From a virus, in IMG/VR virus record IMGVR_UViG_3300047443_000090, positions 1 through 64,000 of that record: 64,000 nucleotides of DNA; one strand, given 5' to 3'. This document shows positions 1-9,124 of the stretch, piece after piece (the stretch's first letter is position 1; every line of letters begins with the position of its first letter). The position numbers and the translations under genes are program-made. A model generated the notes under the pieces. That model did no database searches, had not been told where the DNA came from, and saw only the letters and a program-made list of their open reading frames with translations.

Positions 1-291
1 GGCGCGCAGCTCCAGAGAATCCACGCCTCCAGCGTCTATCACGATGTCATCGAACTTACCGGCCAGCCGCCGCACCTCGTCGGCCAGCGTGGAGCCGTAC
101 ACCGACACGCAAGTGATGTGGGGTGTGTGCTTCTCGTTGGCTCTTGTGGCCGCCCACTGGGCCGCGCTCTGTTGCTTATCCGCGTTGACCAGCAGCACGT
201 CCCTGCCCTGTATGGCGCGCAGCACGGCCATGTTGACCGCCATCGTGGTTTTGCCGGTGCCGCCCTTTTCGCCGCCGAACAAGATAATCAT
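1..291 (-). CDS. parA: ParA family partition ATPase (short type Ib/ParF-like), runs off the window edge
   Basis: Manual translation MIILFGGEKGGTGKTTMAVNMAVLRAIQGRDVLLVNADKQQSA...DDIVIDAGG: deviant Walker A KGGTGKT at the extreme N-terminus and Walker B; absent from the ORF track. Confidence 0.9.
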   Translation of the reverse strand, partial: MIILFGGEKGGTGKTTMAVNMAVLRAIQGRDVLLVNADKQQSAAQWAATRANEKHTPHITCVSVYGSTLADEVRRLAGKFDDIVIDAGGVDSLELRA

Positions 292-320
292 GTAATTTCC
301 CCTTGGTAAGTTGACGCATG

Positions 321-349
321 ATTATCAAATTGATTCCGCGCTTTGGCAA
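321..349 (-). promoter_or_regulatory. sigma70 promoter for parA
   Basis: Minus strand TTGCCA (349-344), 17 bp spacer, GATAAT (326-321). Confidence 0.6.
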
Positions 350-355
350 GCAAAA

Positions 356-832
356 TCTGATACCGCATTGAACTATTCCACATGGAACCTAACCATCCCA
401 TACGATACGGCACGCAATAGTTTGGTATGCAACCATGTTATGTGGTTTGATTTCAATTGGTATGGTACGGCATCAAACGGTACGGGATGGTGTGAAATGG
501 TACGGTGTGGTGTGATTCGGTTTGCTACGGTGTGGTTCCTATGCTGCGGCGAAGCCCCGAAACACGGGGTTCCGGGCGCGCGTGCGCCGCATTTGGTGTG
601 GTTCGGTACGCTACCACTTGGCATGGTGCGGTGCGCAATGGTTGAGTATGGTGTGGTGTGAAACGGTGTGATTTGGTACTAGATGGTGTGGTTGCGTGCG
701 GCACGCGGCGCGGCGTGCTGCCATTAAGTGTGGTTGCGTGTGGTGTGGTGCGGTTCTATTCGGTACGATGCGCTTTGGTTGCATATCGCATCGTACCGTT
801 AGGCGTGGTGTGGTGTCACATGGCGCGGTGCT
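356..832. repeat. Degenerate 5-bp tandem array (about 80 pentamers, consensus close to TRYGG) with a central GC stem-loop; candidate centromere (parS/parC)
   Basis: In register from 361 to 540 all 36 pentamers have a pyrimidine at position 3 (TATGG TACGG GATGG TGTGA...); array resumes at 592 after an inverted-repeat spacer at 545-591. Confidence 0.8.
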
Positions 833-1064
833 TCCACTTGCATCCGGCGCACTTCGGATCGTTGCGGGTATGGATGCTGTACTGGCACTCGGCAGTCATC
901 ACATGGGGAACCTGCACGATGCGAGGGATGCGGGTCGTGTAGCCCTGCGCCCCTTCCGGGCCGCCAAGCGGTTGCTCAAGCCATCCATCTTGCGCAGGGT
1001 AGGTGCGTGCGGCCAGCGCTTCCCCGCGCTGGCCGTCGTAGCAGCCGTTACGCGGCGGCGTCAT
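816..1064 (-). CDS. Hypothetical protein, Cys-rich C-terminus
   Basis: 82 aa ORF overlapping the end of the ParB-like gene; last gene of the leftward operon. Confidence 0.55.
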   Translation of the reverse strand: MTPPRNGCYDGQRGEALAARTYPAQDGWLEQPLGGPEGAQGYTTRIPRIVQVPHVMTAECQYSIHTRNDPKCAGCKWKHRAM

Positions 1065-2001
1065 TGGCTCCCTCGGTCGCCGGTGCCGCCGCCTTCTCGC
1101 GCAGCTTCAGCACGTCATCATGCGCCGCGCGCAGCTCGGCCAGCAGGGCGGCGGGCATTTCAACTATGACGGTCGCGCCATCCGGCATGATGTCCAGCTC
1201 GTGCGCTGTCATGGTCGATGGCAGCACGTTGAACAGCGTGCCGATGCTGTCTGTGAAGCGCGCCACCAGCTTACGCGGGATGGCGGCACCCTGCACGGTC
1301 TTTTTCGTCACCTTGCTTTTGCCGCTGGCCTTGGCCTTCTCCAGCGCCTCTTGGATCACCTTACCGGCGTCGCTGCCATGCTCGCGGATTATGCCCACGG
1401 CGACTGTTCCGGCAACTTCGCCAGCGCGGACGGATTCCCGTACATCGGGATTGGCGCGCGCCAGCATCAGGCAGTTTTCGATGTGCGTGACGGACTTGCC
1501 CATGCGCTTCGCAATGCGCGTCACGTCCCAGTTCAGGGCGATCAGCTCGGCGTATTTCTCGCCCTGCACCAGCGGCGTTATCCCGAGAGACTGGCCGCTC
1601 GACAGCATGTGCGCGATCTGTTCGTCAATGCCGCCCTTGAATTCAACAGCGGACATTTCAGGAATGTCTCGGCCACTTGAAAGCCCGGCGCGGTATTCCT
1701 CGATCAGCTCGCGCACCGCCCACATGCGGTGCTCGCCATCGACCATGAAAATAGTGGATTTCGTGGCCGTCCGCTCAACGGCCACGTCGATAGGTTTGAG
1801 CTTCACGCCGCCCCGGATCGACTCTTTAATGTTGTCGATATGCTCTCGGCTGACCGGGCGGTTAAAACCGGGGCGAATCTCGACCTTGAATGGATCGACC
1901 TTGAAGCTGGTTTCTTTCGAGACGCCTTCGATGCTCTTGTCCTCGGCGGCGGCCTTCAGGGACGCGAATTTCTGTTCTTCGGTAGCGGTCTTGTTCATCA
2001 T
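1048..2001 (-). CDS. ParB/Srx N-terminal domain protein (phage type)
   Basis: GFNR...MVDGEHR motif followed by an HTH (TRIAKRMGKSVTHI). Confidence 0.8.
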   Translation of the reverse strand: MMNKTATEEQKFASLKAAAEDKSIEGVSKETSFKVDPFKVEIRPGFNRPVSREHIDNIKESIRGGVKLKPIDVAVERTATKSTIFMVDGEHRMWAVRELIEEYRAGLSSGRDIPEMSAVEFKGGIDEQIAHMLSSGQSLGITPLVQGEKYAELIALNWDVTRIAKRMGKSVTHIENCLMLARANPDVRESVRAGEVAGTVAVGIIREHGSDAGKVIQEALEKAKASGKSKVTKKTVQGAAIPRKLVARFTDSIGTLFNVLPSTMTAHELDIMPDGATVIVEMPAALLAELRAAHDDVLKLREKAAAPATEGANDAAA

Positions 2002-3113
2002 GCGGCTTTCTGGTTGGTGCTGGAGGTCGGCGTGAGGCGGGCGAGGTTCCCGTTGGGGGACAATGTACTGACAGAGCTGTCCAATGTGATCGGCTTGCCG
2101 CTGACCGTCAGCGAAATGGTTGCGCCGTCCTGAGCGGCCATCTGGTGCAGCTTGCGCACCACGTCCTGCACGCCGTCAGCCGGGGCCGGTGCTGCGCTGG
2201 CGGTATCGGTGGTGCCATCGACAGCAGCGAAGCCGCCCAGTTCCTCAACCAGCTCGGCCATCAGCTTTGCCAGCTCGCCGGTAATCAGCATCGCGTTGTT
2301 ATCAAAGCGCTCGTCCTCGTTGCGTGGCGAGACATCGCTTTCGGTCATCACGTCGAGCAGCTTCACGGTTTTGATTGCCAGCCCTTCGGTCAGTACGAAC
2401 GAGATTTTGCTATCCCACGTCATCGCCAGTCGCACGCATTGCTTGCCTGCGGCGATGTGGCGCTTCATTTCGTCAGCTTCGAGTGTGTGGCGCTTGTAAG
2501 TGATGCTGGCCTTGCTTTCGCCGGTCGCGCGCAGGGTGGCGTCAGTGTCCAACGTGAAGCCTGCGGGTGCTTCATCGGTGTTGAGCCAGTCGGTCATCGC
2601 GGCGACTGGCGAGCGCTGCACGCGCAGGCTTTCCAGTGGCATACGGTCTACCGCCTTCAGCAACAACTTAACAACGTCGTCGGCCTTCGATGGGCTGGAG
2701 GCGTCTACTACCAGCCAGCCATTCTTGCGATCAATCCAGACCCATGTGTGCGCGTCTTTCGGGAATGCCTTTGCCAGCAGCTCATCGTAGACGCGCTCTT
2801 TCAGCTCCTTGCGGGCATTTTTGCCCGGCGCGAAGCCTTGCTCTTTCTCCATGACTACGGCGCGCTTTGTGACTTCGGCATTGATGACAGCGCCGGGCAG
2901 CACTTTGGTTTGAGTCTGGAGGCGCAGGATCATTTGATCGTTGACCACATGGACAAGCGGCCCATTTTCGCGCGGTGGCACCCAGCCTTGGCGCATCGCT
3001 TCATGGCTGGTGCATGGGGTGAATGCTTGAGCGGTGATGGCTTCGATAAGCGCCTCGGTGGTCAGCGAGTAGTTGCACGGCAGGCGGTAGATTTGGAGGT
3101 TGCGGAGGTTCAT
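1998..3113 (-). CDS. rdgC: Recombination-associated protein RdgC with C-terminal extension
   Basis: NLQIYRL...GWVPP...LLAKAF...LVVDASSPSKAD...LAMTWDSKISFVL are typical RdgC motifs. Confidence 0.92.
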   Translation of the reverse strand: MNLRNLQIYRLPCNYSLTTEALIEAITAQAFTPCTSHEAMRQGWVPPRENGPLVHVVNDQMILRLQTQTKVLPGAVINAEVTKRAVVMEKEQGFAPGKNARKELKERVYDELLAKAFPKDAHTWVWIDRKNGWLVVDASSPSKADDVVKLLLKAVDRMPLESLRVQRSPVAAMTDWLNTDEAPAGFTLDTDATLRATGESKASITYKRHTLEADEMKRHIAAGKQCVRLAMTWDSKISFVLTEGLAIKTVKLLDVMTESDVSPRNEDERFDNNAMLITGELAKLMAELVEELGGFAAVDGTTDTASAAPAPADGVQDVVRKLHQMAAQDGATISLTVSGKPITLDSSVSTLSPNGNLARLTPTSSTNQKAA

Positions 3114-3169
3114 TTTTTTGCTTCGATGTGGTTGTAAATACGGGCAGGGCGGGCCTGCCCGGTTGGTTC

Positions 3170-4000
3170 TTATGCGGCCATGCGGAGGCGGGACGCGGCA
3201 ATGCGTGCTTCCTCGAATGGCTCAACGCCGGGGATGCGCAGAGCGTCGCGCTGGGCCTTCGCCATTTCGTTCAAGCCGGTCATCTTGACTTCGATCCAGT
3301 CGTGATAGGCCGGGTTGTCAGCAATGAAGCGCAGCAGGGCCGGGAGGTCGGTTACGCGGGCCTTCCACACGTCGGTGGTGGTGACGCCTTGGACGGTTGG
3401 CACATTGGTGGCGGCGGTGGCAGCGCTAACGACAGCGGTTGTCTGATCCAGCGCGCAGGCCATTTCCTGTGCTGTCTCGGCAGCGGTCAGGGCAGCAGTA
3501 ACGCCAGCGGCATCGCCTTCGGTCATCAGCTTGGCGGCCAGCTCCGACTGCGTGCGCGCTTCTTCAGCCTGCCGGGCGCTCTCGGCGGCGAGCTGGACGC
3601 GCTGATCGGCGGCGATCTTGTCGAGCAGCGTTTGCTGAATAGCGGCCTTGCGCTTTTGCTCCTGTTCATAGGCCAGCATCCCGGCCTTGTGCGCCTTGAT
3701 AGCGCCGTCGAGGCAGTCGAGCGCCGGGGAGAACAGCGCCATGACGGCCTTTTTCGCCGCGTCCATTGGCCGGGTGATAGAGAAACGCTTATCTTCCAGC
3801 TCCTTATACTTCGCCTGCATATCGACCAGCTCGGCGGCGGCCAGCTCGTACATCATCGGGCTATCAATGACGGTGGCGCACAGACTTTCGCGCATCGCGC
3901 TCGCCACGGTCATCAAGTCTGCGCCCTTGGGGGCGTTGACTGGCAACAGCGTCATATCGGTGGCGTCGTCGTTCGCTGCCTTGGTTTTTTTACTTGCCAT
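3170..4000 (-). CDS. Phage coiled-coil hypothetical protein of the recombination module
   Basis: 276 aa, coiled coil, C-terminal WKARVTD...RIPGV motif often seen next to phage exo/recombinase genes. Confidence 0.7.
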   Translation of the reverse strand: MASKKTKAANDDATDMTLLPVNAPKGADLMTVASAMRESLCATVIDSPMMYELAAAELVDMQAKYKELEDKRFSITRPMDAAKKAVMALFSPALDCLDGAIKAHKAGMLAYEQEQKRKAAIQQTLLDKIAADQRVQLAAESARQAEEARTQSELAAKLMTEGDAAGVTAALTAAETAQEMACALDQTTAVVSAATAATNVPTVQGVTTTDVWKARVTDLPALLRFIADNPAYHDWIEVKMTGLNEMAKAQRDALRIPGVEPFEEARIAASRLRMAA

Positions 4001-4589
4001 GTTTGGCTCTCCATTTGTGTATCGTTTCCTGTGCTCGCATGACGGTCAGCAGGGACATAAAGCAGGGTAGGTCTGTAGGGTCGGTGAATTCCTGAAGGCG
4101 GTAGCTACCGTCCGGGCGCAGGCCCAGCGCATACCGCTTCACGATTCCAGCGCCTTCTAGGTTGTGCATTTCCTTGTAGGCGGCGAGCTGGGGGCCGATG
4201 ACTGGCCCCAGCACCATCATTTTCTTGATGTCCAAAACCGCCTTGGTGCCACGAATCACGCCTGTCCGGTCGGAGGTTCCGCAGTACCCAAACGTCGGGT
4301 GATACATGCGCTTTTCCACGGTGTCCGGCACAAACCCTACTTCATGGCGAAACAACTTCCAGCCATCAAGGTAGGGCTTCAGGATCGGGTCAAGGTCGCC
4401 TTCGTCAAGCTGATCGGTGTCGTACAGTTCGGTGGTCAGGTGAACCATCGAACCAAGCTCGCTTGCTGCCTTCAGGCGCTCCGGGTGGATCATCGAGTAA
4501 TCGACCAGTGGCTTTAGAATCGTCGTCACGGATGGGACGATTACGCCGTTGAATCGGTACTCATGGCGTTCTTCGTTAAATTCAAGCAT
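3990..4589 (-). CDS. PD-(D/E)XK family exonuclease
   Basis: PSVTTIL, GSMVH, E...GYCGTSD...DIK...QLAAY motifs. Confidence 0.8.
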   Translation of the reverse strand: MLEFNEERHEYRFNGVIVPSVTTILKPLVDYSMIHPERLKAASELGSMVHLTTELYDTDQLDEGDLDPILKPYLDGWKLFRHEVGFVPDTVEKRMYHPTFGYCGTSDRTGVIRGTKAVLDIKKMMVLGPVIGPQLAAYKEMHNLEGAGIVKRYALGLRPDGSYRLQEFTDPTDLPCFMSLLTVMRAQETIHKWRAKHGK

Positions 4590-4593
4590 GGCG

Positions 4594-5793
4594 TTACTTC
4601 GGGTCTTTCAGCCAAGCGAGAACTGCGGGGAACTGGGCGTCGCGCAGGTTGGCAGGCTCCACGCCGAATTTGCTCACAAACAGATCGGGGGTGATTTGCT
4701 TGGCCGCGATTTGCTGGTTTACAAAACCTACTTTCGCTGCCGACAGTGCCGGGCCTTCTTGCGCCGCTGCCGCGACGGCTGGGGCGGTATCGGCTGCGGT
4801 CTGCTGCTGCGCCGGTTCCTCGATCAGCGAGCCTTGCGGGGAATCCATAGTTGCGGCTGCGGCTTGCGCCTCGGCGCTCATTTCGCCGGTATCGGCATCG
4901 ACGCCCGGCTTTGCTTCCGGGGCCGCAGGCAAGACATCCTTCACGTTGTCTGCATCGGCAGCGTCAGCCTTGGCGGTCTTGGCGCGTGGTGCGCGAGGCT
5001 TGCGTTCTTCGGCGGCGGCTGCTGCCATCGCCTCCGGGGTCGGCACTGGGGCGGCGTAGGTGCCGTCAGCCTGCGGAGCTACGTCGATGATGTCGTGAAT
5101 TTCATCGGCGCTCGGCAGGCCCATGAGCAGCTCGGGGTTGTGCGCGCGACCGAAGAAGGCGGCGGCTCGGTACTGGAGCATCAACTGTGGCATCGTCATC
5201 CACTTGCTGCCGTTGCGCGTGTACCAGCCCTCTTGCACGGCCAGCTCAATCGTGACGGCAGGCGATTCGATGATGTCGCCGGTCGCCTTATCTTTTGTCC
5301 ATGCGACGCAGCGCGCGTTGACGATGCGAACGGTCTTGGTGGTGGCCTGCTTGACGTTGTTGATCCATTCGTAGACGGTTTGAATGGCGTCCACTTCGCC
5401 TAATTGCTCGTAGCGAAAACGCAGATTGTGCGCGTACAGGCCGCTATTGTTGATGAGGGCGATGATGAACGGGCTAGACCAGCTCGGGCGGCCATCAATG
5501 ACGTGCAGGTTTTGCATCACTTGCAGCGGCGATGCGTCCATGCGCTGCGCGAGGTCGAGTGCGACCATGCAGTTCGACAGCGCAGCCGGGTTCTGTTCCC
5601 ACTTCTGATCCCTGCCGTAGCCCTTGGACACGACGGCCTGATATGGCGCGGGAACCATTGTCGAGGTCGCGAACAGTTTGGCTGTGCGCTGCATGAACTC
5701 GAAGGATGCGAGGTTGTTGAACCCCATTGTTACCATCGCGCCGTCATGCGCCGCTGCAACGGCCTGCAATGAGACTTGCGAATTTTCGCTCAT
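4594..5793 (-). CDS. RecT-like single-strand annealing protein
   Basis: QVMQNLHVIDGRPSW...GWYTRNGSKWMTMPQLMLQYRAAAFFGR...PELLMGL; start placed at MSENSQ after an AAAGGT RBS. Confidence 0.75.
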   Translation of the reverse strand: MSENSQVSLQAVAAAHDGAMVTMGFNNLASFEFMQRTAKLFATSTMVPAPYQAVVSKGYGRDQKWEQNPAALSNCMVALDLAQRMDASPLQVMQNLHVIDGRPSWSSPFIIALINNSGLYAHNLRFRYEQLGEVDAIQTVYEWINNVKQATTKTVRIVNARCVAWTKDKATGDIIESPAVTIELAVQEGWYTRNGSKWMTMPQLMLQYRAAAFFGRAHNPELLMGLPSADEIHDIIDVAPQADGTYAAPVPTPEAMAAAAAEERKPRAPRAKTAKADAADADNVKDVLPAAPEAKPGVDADTGEMSAEAQAAAATMDSPQGSLIEEPAQQQTAADTAPAVAAAAQEGPALSAAKVGFVNQQIAAKQITPDLFVSKFGVEPANLRDAQFPAVLAWLKDPK

Positions 5794-5825
5794 TTTCTTA
5801 CCTTTCAAAGTTGGTTTGCTGGGGC

Positions 5826-5978
5826 TTACTCTGCTGGCTGGCTGACGATGCGAAGTGCCATCGGCATGTGCGGGTATGGATGCAGGCCGCGTTGTTGGAT
5901 ATACAGGCGGGCCAAAACCCACTTTGCCGCCAGTCGCCGGTCGGAGAACATGCCCCGCGCCTTTGCTGTGGTGCTCAT
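5826..5978 (-). CDS. Small hypothetical protein (50 aa)
   Basis: Manual translation MSTTAKARGMFSDRRLAAKWVLARLYIQQRG...; ATGA overlap with the upstream ORF. Confidence 0.5.
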   Translation of the reverse strand: MSTTAKARGMFSDRRLAAKWVLARLYIQQRGLHPYPHMPMALRIVSQPAE

Positions 5979-6115
5979 TTCGCTTTCACCATCACGGCGC
6001 ACAGATTGCCGAAGCGCTCTGATGCTGACGCATGGACTTGCGAGCTACTGGAGCCCACTTGGTCAAACTTGTACTCGCCATGCTCGGTACGAACTTTTAC
6101 GCTGAAGGTGCTCAT
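5975..6115 (-). CDS. Small hypothetical protein (46 aa), first gene of the leftward early operon
   Basis: Manual translation MSTFSVKVRTEHGEYKFDQVGSSSSQVHASASERFGNLCAVMVKAK. Confidence 0.5.
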   Translation of the reverse strand: MSTFSVKVRTEHGEYKFDQVGSSSSQVHASASERFGNLCAVMVKAK

Positions 6116-6201
6116 GTGTGATCCCATTCAAGTAGAGGTGGTTGCCGTGCGCTGATGCCAGCGCGGCGCTTTTCATCGGTCGGAAAAAATACCGATAAGA
6201 A

Positions 6202-6230
6202 ATTATAGGAGTGCCGATATAGATTGGCAA
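6202..6230 (-). promoter_or_regulatory. PL-like promoter with overlapping operator TATAGGAGTGCCGATA (6204-6219)
   Basis: TTGCCA-N17-TATAAT on the minus strand; operator related to the palindrome TATAGGCATGCCTATA. Confidence 0.75.
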
Positions 6231-6426
6231 TAGTCGCCGTGCAATAAATCTAATTTTTTGACGAATTAATCCATATATATGTGTTTTATGCGCAACTTAT
6301 AGGCAGATTGCCAGCCGCGAAAGCTGTGAATTCTCACAAATTGTCACAGAATCGTAAGCAGTTGTTACGCTCGGCAATGCTCTGGAAAGGTTGCTTGCGC
6401 ATTGGGATGGGGGAAATGTAGGGGCG

Positions 6427-6450
6427 AAAAAAAACCCGCCGAAGCGGGTT
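6427..6450 (-). terminator. Rho-independent terminator after cI
   Basis: AACCCGC-TTCG-GCGGGTT followed by a T-run on the minus strand. Confidence 0.8.
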
Positions 6451-6468
6451 GAGAGTGTCTGAATAGGT

Positions 6469-7146
6469 CTACACGCCCATTCTTAGAACTAGCCTTCCTT
6501 TGATTGTTAGCTGGCTTGCCTGCTCTGCGCTGTAATCCTCATCTGGAAAGCGCACTTTGTCTGCGTTGTCGCTGCGAAGGGCTACCCTGCCATCAGCCCG
6601 CCGCGAGACGCGCTTTACTCGGAGCCCATCGGGAGTATCCAGCAGGTAGATGCTGCCATCTTGCAGCTCATAGCAGGCGGTATCGAAGAACAGAACATCG
6701 CCGTGCATGATGTAGTTAGCCATCGAATCGCCGTCAGCGTACAAGGCGACTAGGTTCTTTGCCTTTACACGAAGCCTCTCAAGCTCATGGGCCGAGATTG
6801 CAATAGGTGTGTAGTCTGGATTGTCAAAGCCAAGCCTCCCATTCCCACAACTCCCCTTGCACTCTAGTAGCGGGACGTACTGTAGAGAGCTATCTATCGT
6901 TGCGGGCGTGTTTTCAGGGCTTATGTCTCTTTCGCCCAGCCCAGTTTCCAGCCAAAGGGCGCGAACGCCAAGGACTGCGGCAATTGAGGCCAAGCTCCCG
7001 CTTGTATTGGATGCCCCCGATTCAAGTCCAGATATGGTTGGCTGCGTGAGCCGGGCAAGTCGGGCGAGTTCAGTCTGAGACATTCCAAGCGCTTTCCTTC
7101 GCTCACGAACTCTCTGCCCAGTAGTATTTTTTTCTTGATTCAACAT
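6469..7146 (-). CDS. CI-like repressor, XRE HTH plus S24 peptidase (SOS-cleavable)
   Basis: SQTELARLARLTQPTISGLESG HTH; SCG cleavage region, GDSM serine motif and VKR lysine motif. Confidence 0.92.
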   Translation of the reverse strand: MLNQEKNTTGQRVRERRKALGMSQTELARLARLTQPTISGLESGASNTSGSLASIAAVLGVRALWLETGLGERDISPENTPATIDSSLQYVPLLECKGSCGNGRLGFDNPDYTPIAISAHELERLRVKAKNLVALYADGDSMANYIMHGDVLFFDTACYELQDGSIYLLDTPDGLRVKRVSRRADGRVALRSDNADKVRFPDEDYSAEQASQLTIKGRLVLRMGV

Positions 7147-7265
7147 ATCCGTTCCTGTGTGTCACTTAAGCAATTTTGCCAACTATCGCCTTTATACACC
7201 ATATCACCATAGAAATAAAGTGCAATTTATACATTATTTCTATAAATAAATATATTTCTTCGGTA

Positions 7266-7294
7266 TTGTGGCAATCAATAGGCATGCTTATAAT
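7266..7294 (+). promoter_or_regulatory. PR-like promoter with operator AATAGGCATGCTTATA (7277-7292)
   Basis: TTGTGG-N17-TATAAT; near-palindromic operator over the spacer and -10. Confidence 0.7.
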
Positions 7295-7370
7295 GCGTTA
7301 GGTCAACATTGCACTATCTTTCAGCATTGTTGCTAAAAGACAATTCTCAACATGGAATCCCGAGTAAAGC

Positions 7371-7532
7371 ATGAAACAGATCAAATATTCAATGAATGGC
7401 TCGAACCTGAGCCGCTGCCGCCAGTTGGATGGTAGCGCCGCAGTCGAGGTTGTGCCTATCGCTTTGGTAGTGAGTGGCGAAAAATTCACGGCTATGAACG
7501 GCAGCAGTAGTGCGCAGAAAGCGACTCTCTGA
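7371..7532 (+). CDS. Small hypothetical protein (53 aa) in the cro position, no obvious HTH
   Basis: MKQIKYSMNGSNLSRCRQLDGSAAVEVVPIALVVSGEKF...; TGATG coupling to the next gene. Confidence 0.4.
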   Translation: MKQIKYSMNGSNLSRCRQLDGSAAVEVVPIALVVSGEKFTAMNGSSSAQKATL

Positions 7533-8083
7533 TGGCCCGCAACAAACACGGCAGCGCGGCACGCCGCAGCAAGCCACACGCCCCGCGATCTGTAAATCGG
7601 TTCGCGGCTTTTGCCGTGCTGATCAACAACCACGAAAAACAGATTGAAGCCGCCAAGGTTGCCGAGCTGCGCGAGCGCATGAAACAGCCGCTCGATACAG
7701 ACCAGAAGCAGAGCATCAACATCGCCTATCGCATCGCGTTTGACGCGCTGGCTAGTGGCACCGGGCAGGAGGGTGATTGGCACGTAGTCGTCTGCGCGCT
7801 GAATATCGCTGTCGTCCTGTGCGAGCGCGACATCGGCAAGGAATTTGAGGCCGACATCATTGCTGCGATGGACGCAATTTTCCGCGTCCAAATGGGCCAG
7901 CAGAAAACCGGCAAGTGGGCGCTTGACCCAATCGCAAACGTGTCCGACTGCCGCGCTATCGAGCACGCTTTCGACGTGCATGAAGCGCAAGTGGAAATCG
8001 CGACCCATGCCGAACTGGCGTCGGCGTTGGGCGAAGTCCACCGCCGCATGGAGCTGGGCAACGTTTATAAGGAGGCGGCGTAA
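7532..8083 (+). CDS. Phage hypothetical protein
   Basis: 183 aa, translationally coupled, EAA end typical of phage operons. Confidence 0.75.
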   Translation: MARNKHGSAARRSKPHAPRSVNRFAAFAVLINNHEKQIEAAKVAELRERMKQPLDTDQKQSINIAYRIAFDALASGTGQEGDWHVVVCALNIAVVLCERDIGKEFEADIIAAMDAIFRVQMGQQKTGKWALDPIANVSDCRAIEHAFDVHEAQVEIATHAELASALGEVHRRMELGNVYKEAA

Positions 8084-8355
8084 TGTTTTTCCGATTAGAC
8101 AAAAAAGATGACGCCGAGTGCTCTGTCCCCCACTTCGCTGGGGTTATGGGGCACCGGATCAACAGCTTAGTCTCGCGCATGAAGCGCGATGGCGTGCTTG
8201 AGCAATTCGGTCGCCCAGCCCAGCGACTCGTCAACGGCGGCTACTTTGCCGTGACGGAGCAGGGCGAAGGCCGGTTCGGCGTCGAGCTGACCGGCAAGGG
8301 CCAAATTTGGCTCGCTCGCAAATACCCCGCTGGCTTCGATCTGGAGGCCGCGTGA
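8083..8355 (+). CDS. Antirepressor KilAC (ANT) domain-like protein
   Basis: GRPAQRLVNGGYFAV...LTGKGQIWL resembles the ANT C-terminus. Confidence 0.6.
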   Translation: MFFRLDKKDDAECSVPHFAGVMGHRINSLVSRMKRDGVLEQFGRPAQRLVNGGYFAVTEQGEGRFGVELTGKGQIWLARKYPAGFDLEAA

Positions 8356-8508
8356 ACACGTCCACGGTCGTCACTGGGCGTAGCAACGTGCTCACTTGCC
8401 GCCTGATCCGCAAGCGCTGCTTTTGTGGCCGTCAGGTGACGGCACGGCAGCTCAAGCAGTATTCGGCTTGCGCTAAGTGCTACGCGGAAGCGGTCGAAGA
8501 ATCGAAGC

Positions 8509-9006
8509 ATGCTTATGCTGCGTCGTAGCGAATTCAAGCGCGGCGAAAATCGGCTGACCTCTACCACGCCCATGAAGCGTGGTACGTCAACCCTCGCCAG
8601 AAAGCCAATGGCGCAAGCGCGGGTTACTGCGCGCCCGCCAGAGGTTGACCCGGTAAGCGGCGGCGCTGTAAAGCCGCCTGCGAAGCCGCGCGCTCGCCTC
8701 AAAACTACCCGCCCGAAGAAGACCCCTATCCGCTCAAGTGCGCGCGACGAGGAATGCACGTTGCGCTTTCACGGCGTCTGCAACTACCGCACCGATACGA
8801 CTGTCCTGTGTCATCGGAATGGCGCAGGCGCGGGCATGAAAAGCGCGGACACGGACGCCTGCTATGGATGCTTCGCGTGCCATACGATGCTCGATGGGCA
8901 CGCGCCCCGGCCCGCATGGCTGACGCGCGATGCAATGCTGGCGACGTTCGAGATTGCGGTGGGATTGACGCGCGCGCGGCTGGCTACAAAGGGGTTGCTC
9001 GAATGA
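8509..9006 (+). CDS. DUF1364/YbcO-like putative nuclease
   Basis: ARDEECTLRFHGVCN...TTVLCH...GMKS...CFACH..LDG. Confidence 0.8.
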   Translation: MLMLRRSEFKRGENRLTSTTPMKRGTSTLARKPMAQARVTARPPEVDPVSGGAVKPPAKPRARLKTTRPKKTPIRSSARDEECTLRFHGVCNYRTDTTVLCHRNGAGAGMKSADTDACYGCFACHTMLDGHAPRPAWLTRDAMLATFEIAVGLTRARLATKGLLE

Positions 9007-9124
9007 GCGGCCACAAAAACAAAAGCCGCCACCTGTTTGCAGCAGGGGGCGGCTCGAAGCAACTTAGAAAGCAAAAAATGAACAGAGCAATAGTATCACA
9101 GAACAATGTTTTTAGGGGTGGGAA

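Noticed and set aside
356-832. CRISPR array or telomere
   Set aside because: No constant 23-47 bp repeat with unique spacers, no cas genes, and no long perfect palindrome of the protelomerase-site type
311-942. ORFs 311-661, 373-624 and 658-942
   Set aside because: They overlie the pentamer array; Cys/Trp/Val-rich translations in several frames are a by-product of the 5-bp repeat and there is no convincing RBS
3990-4589. Cas4
   Set aside because: Lacks the four-Cys Fe-S cluster and sits in an exo/RecT recombination module
6182-6222. Additional GGAAAA late promoter
   Set aside because: The hexamer 29 bp downstream (ATATAG) lacks the A2/T6 pattern and no plus-strand gene follows
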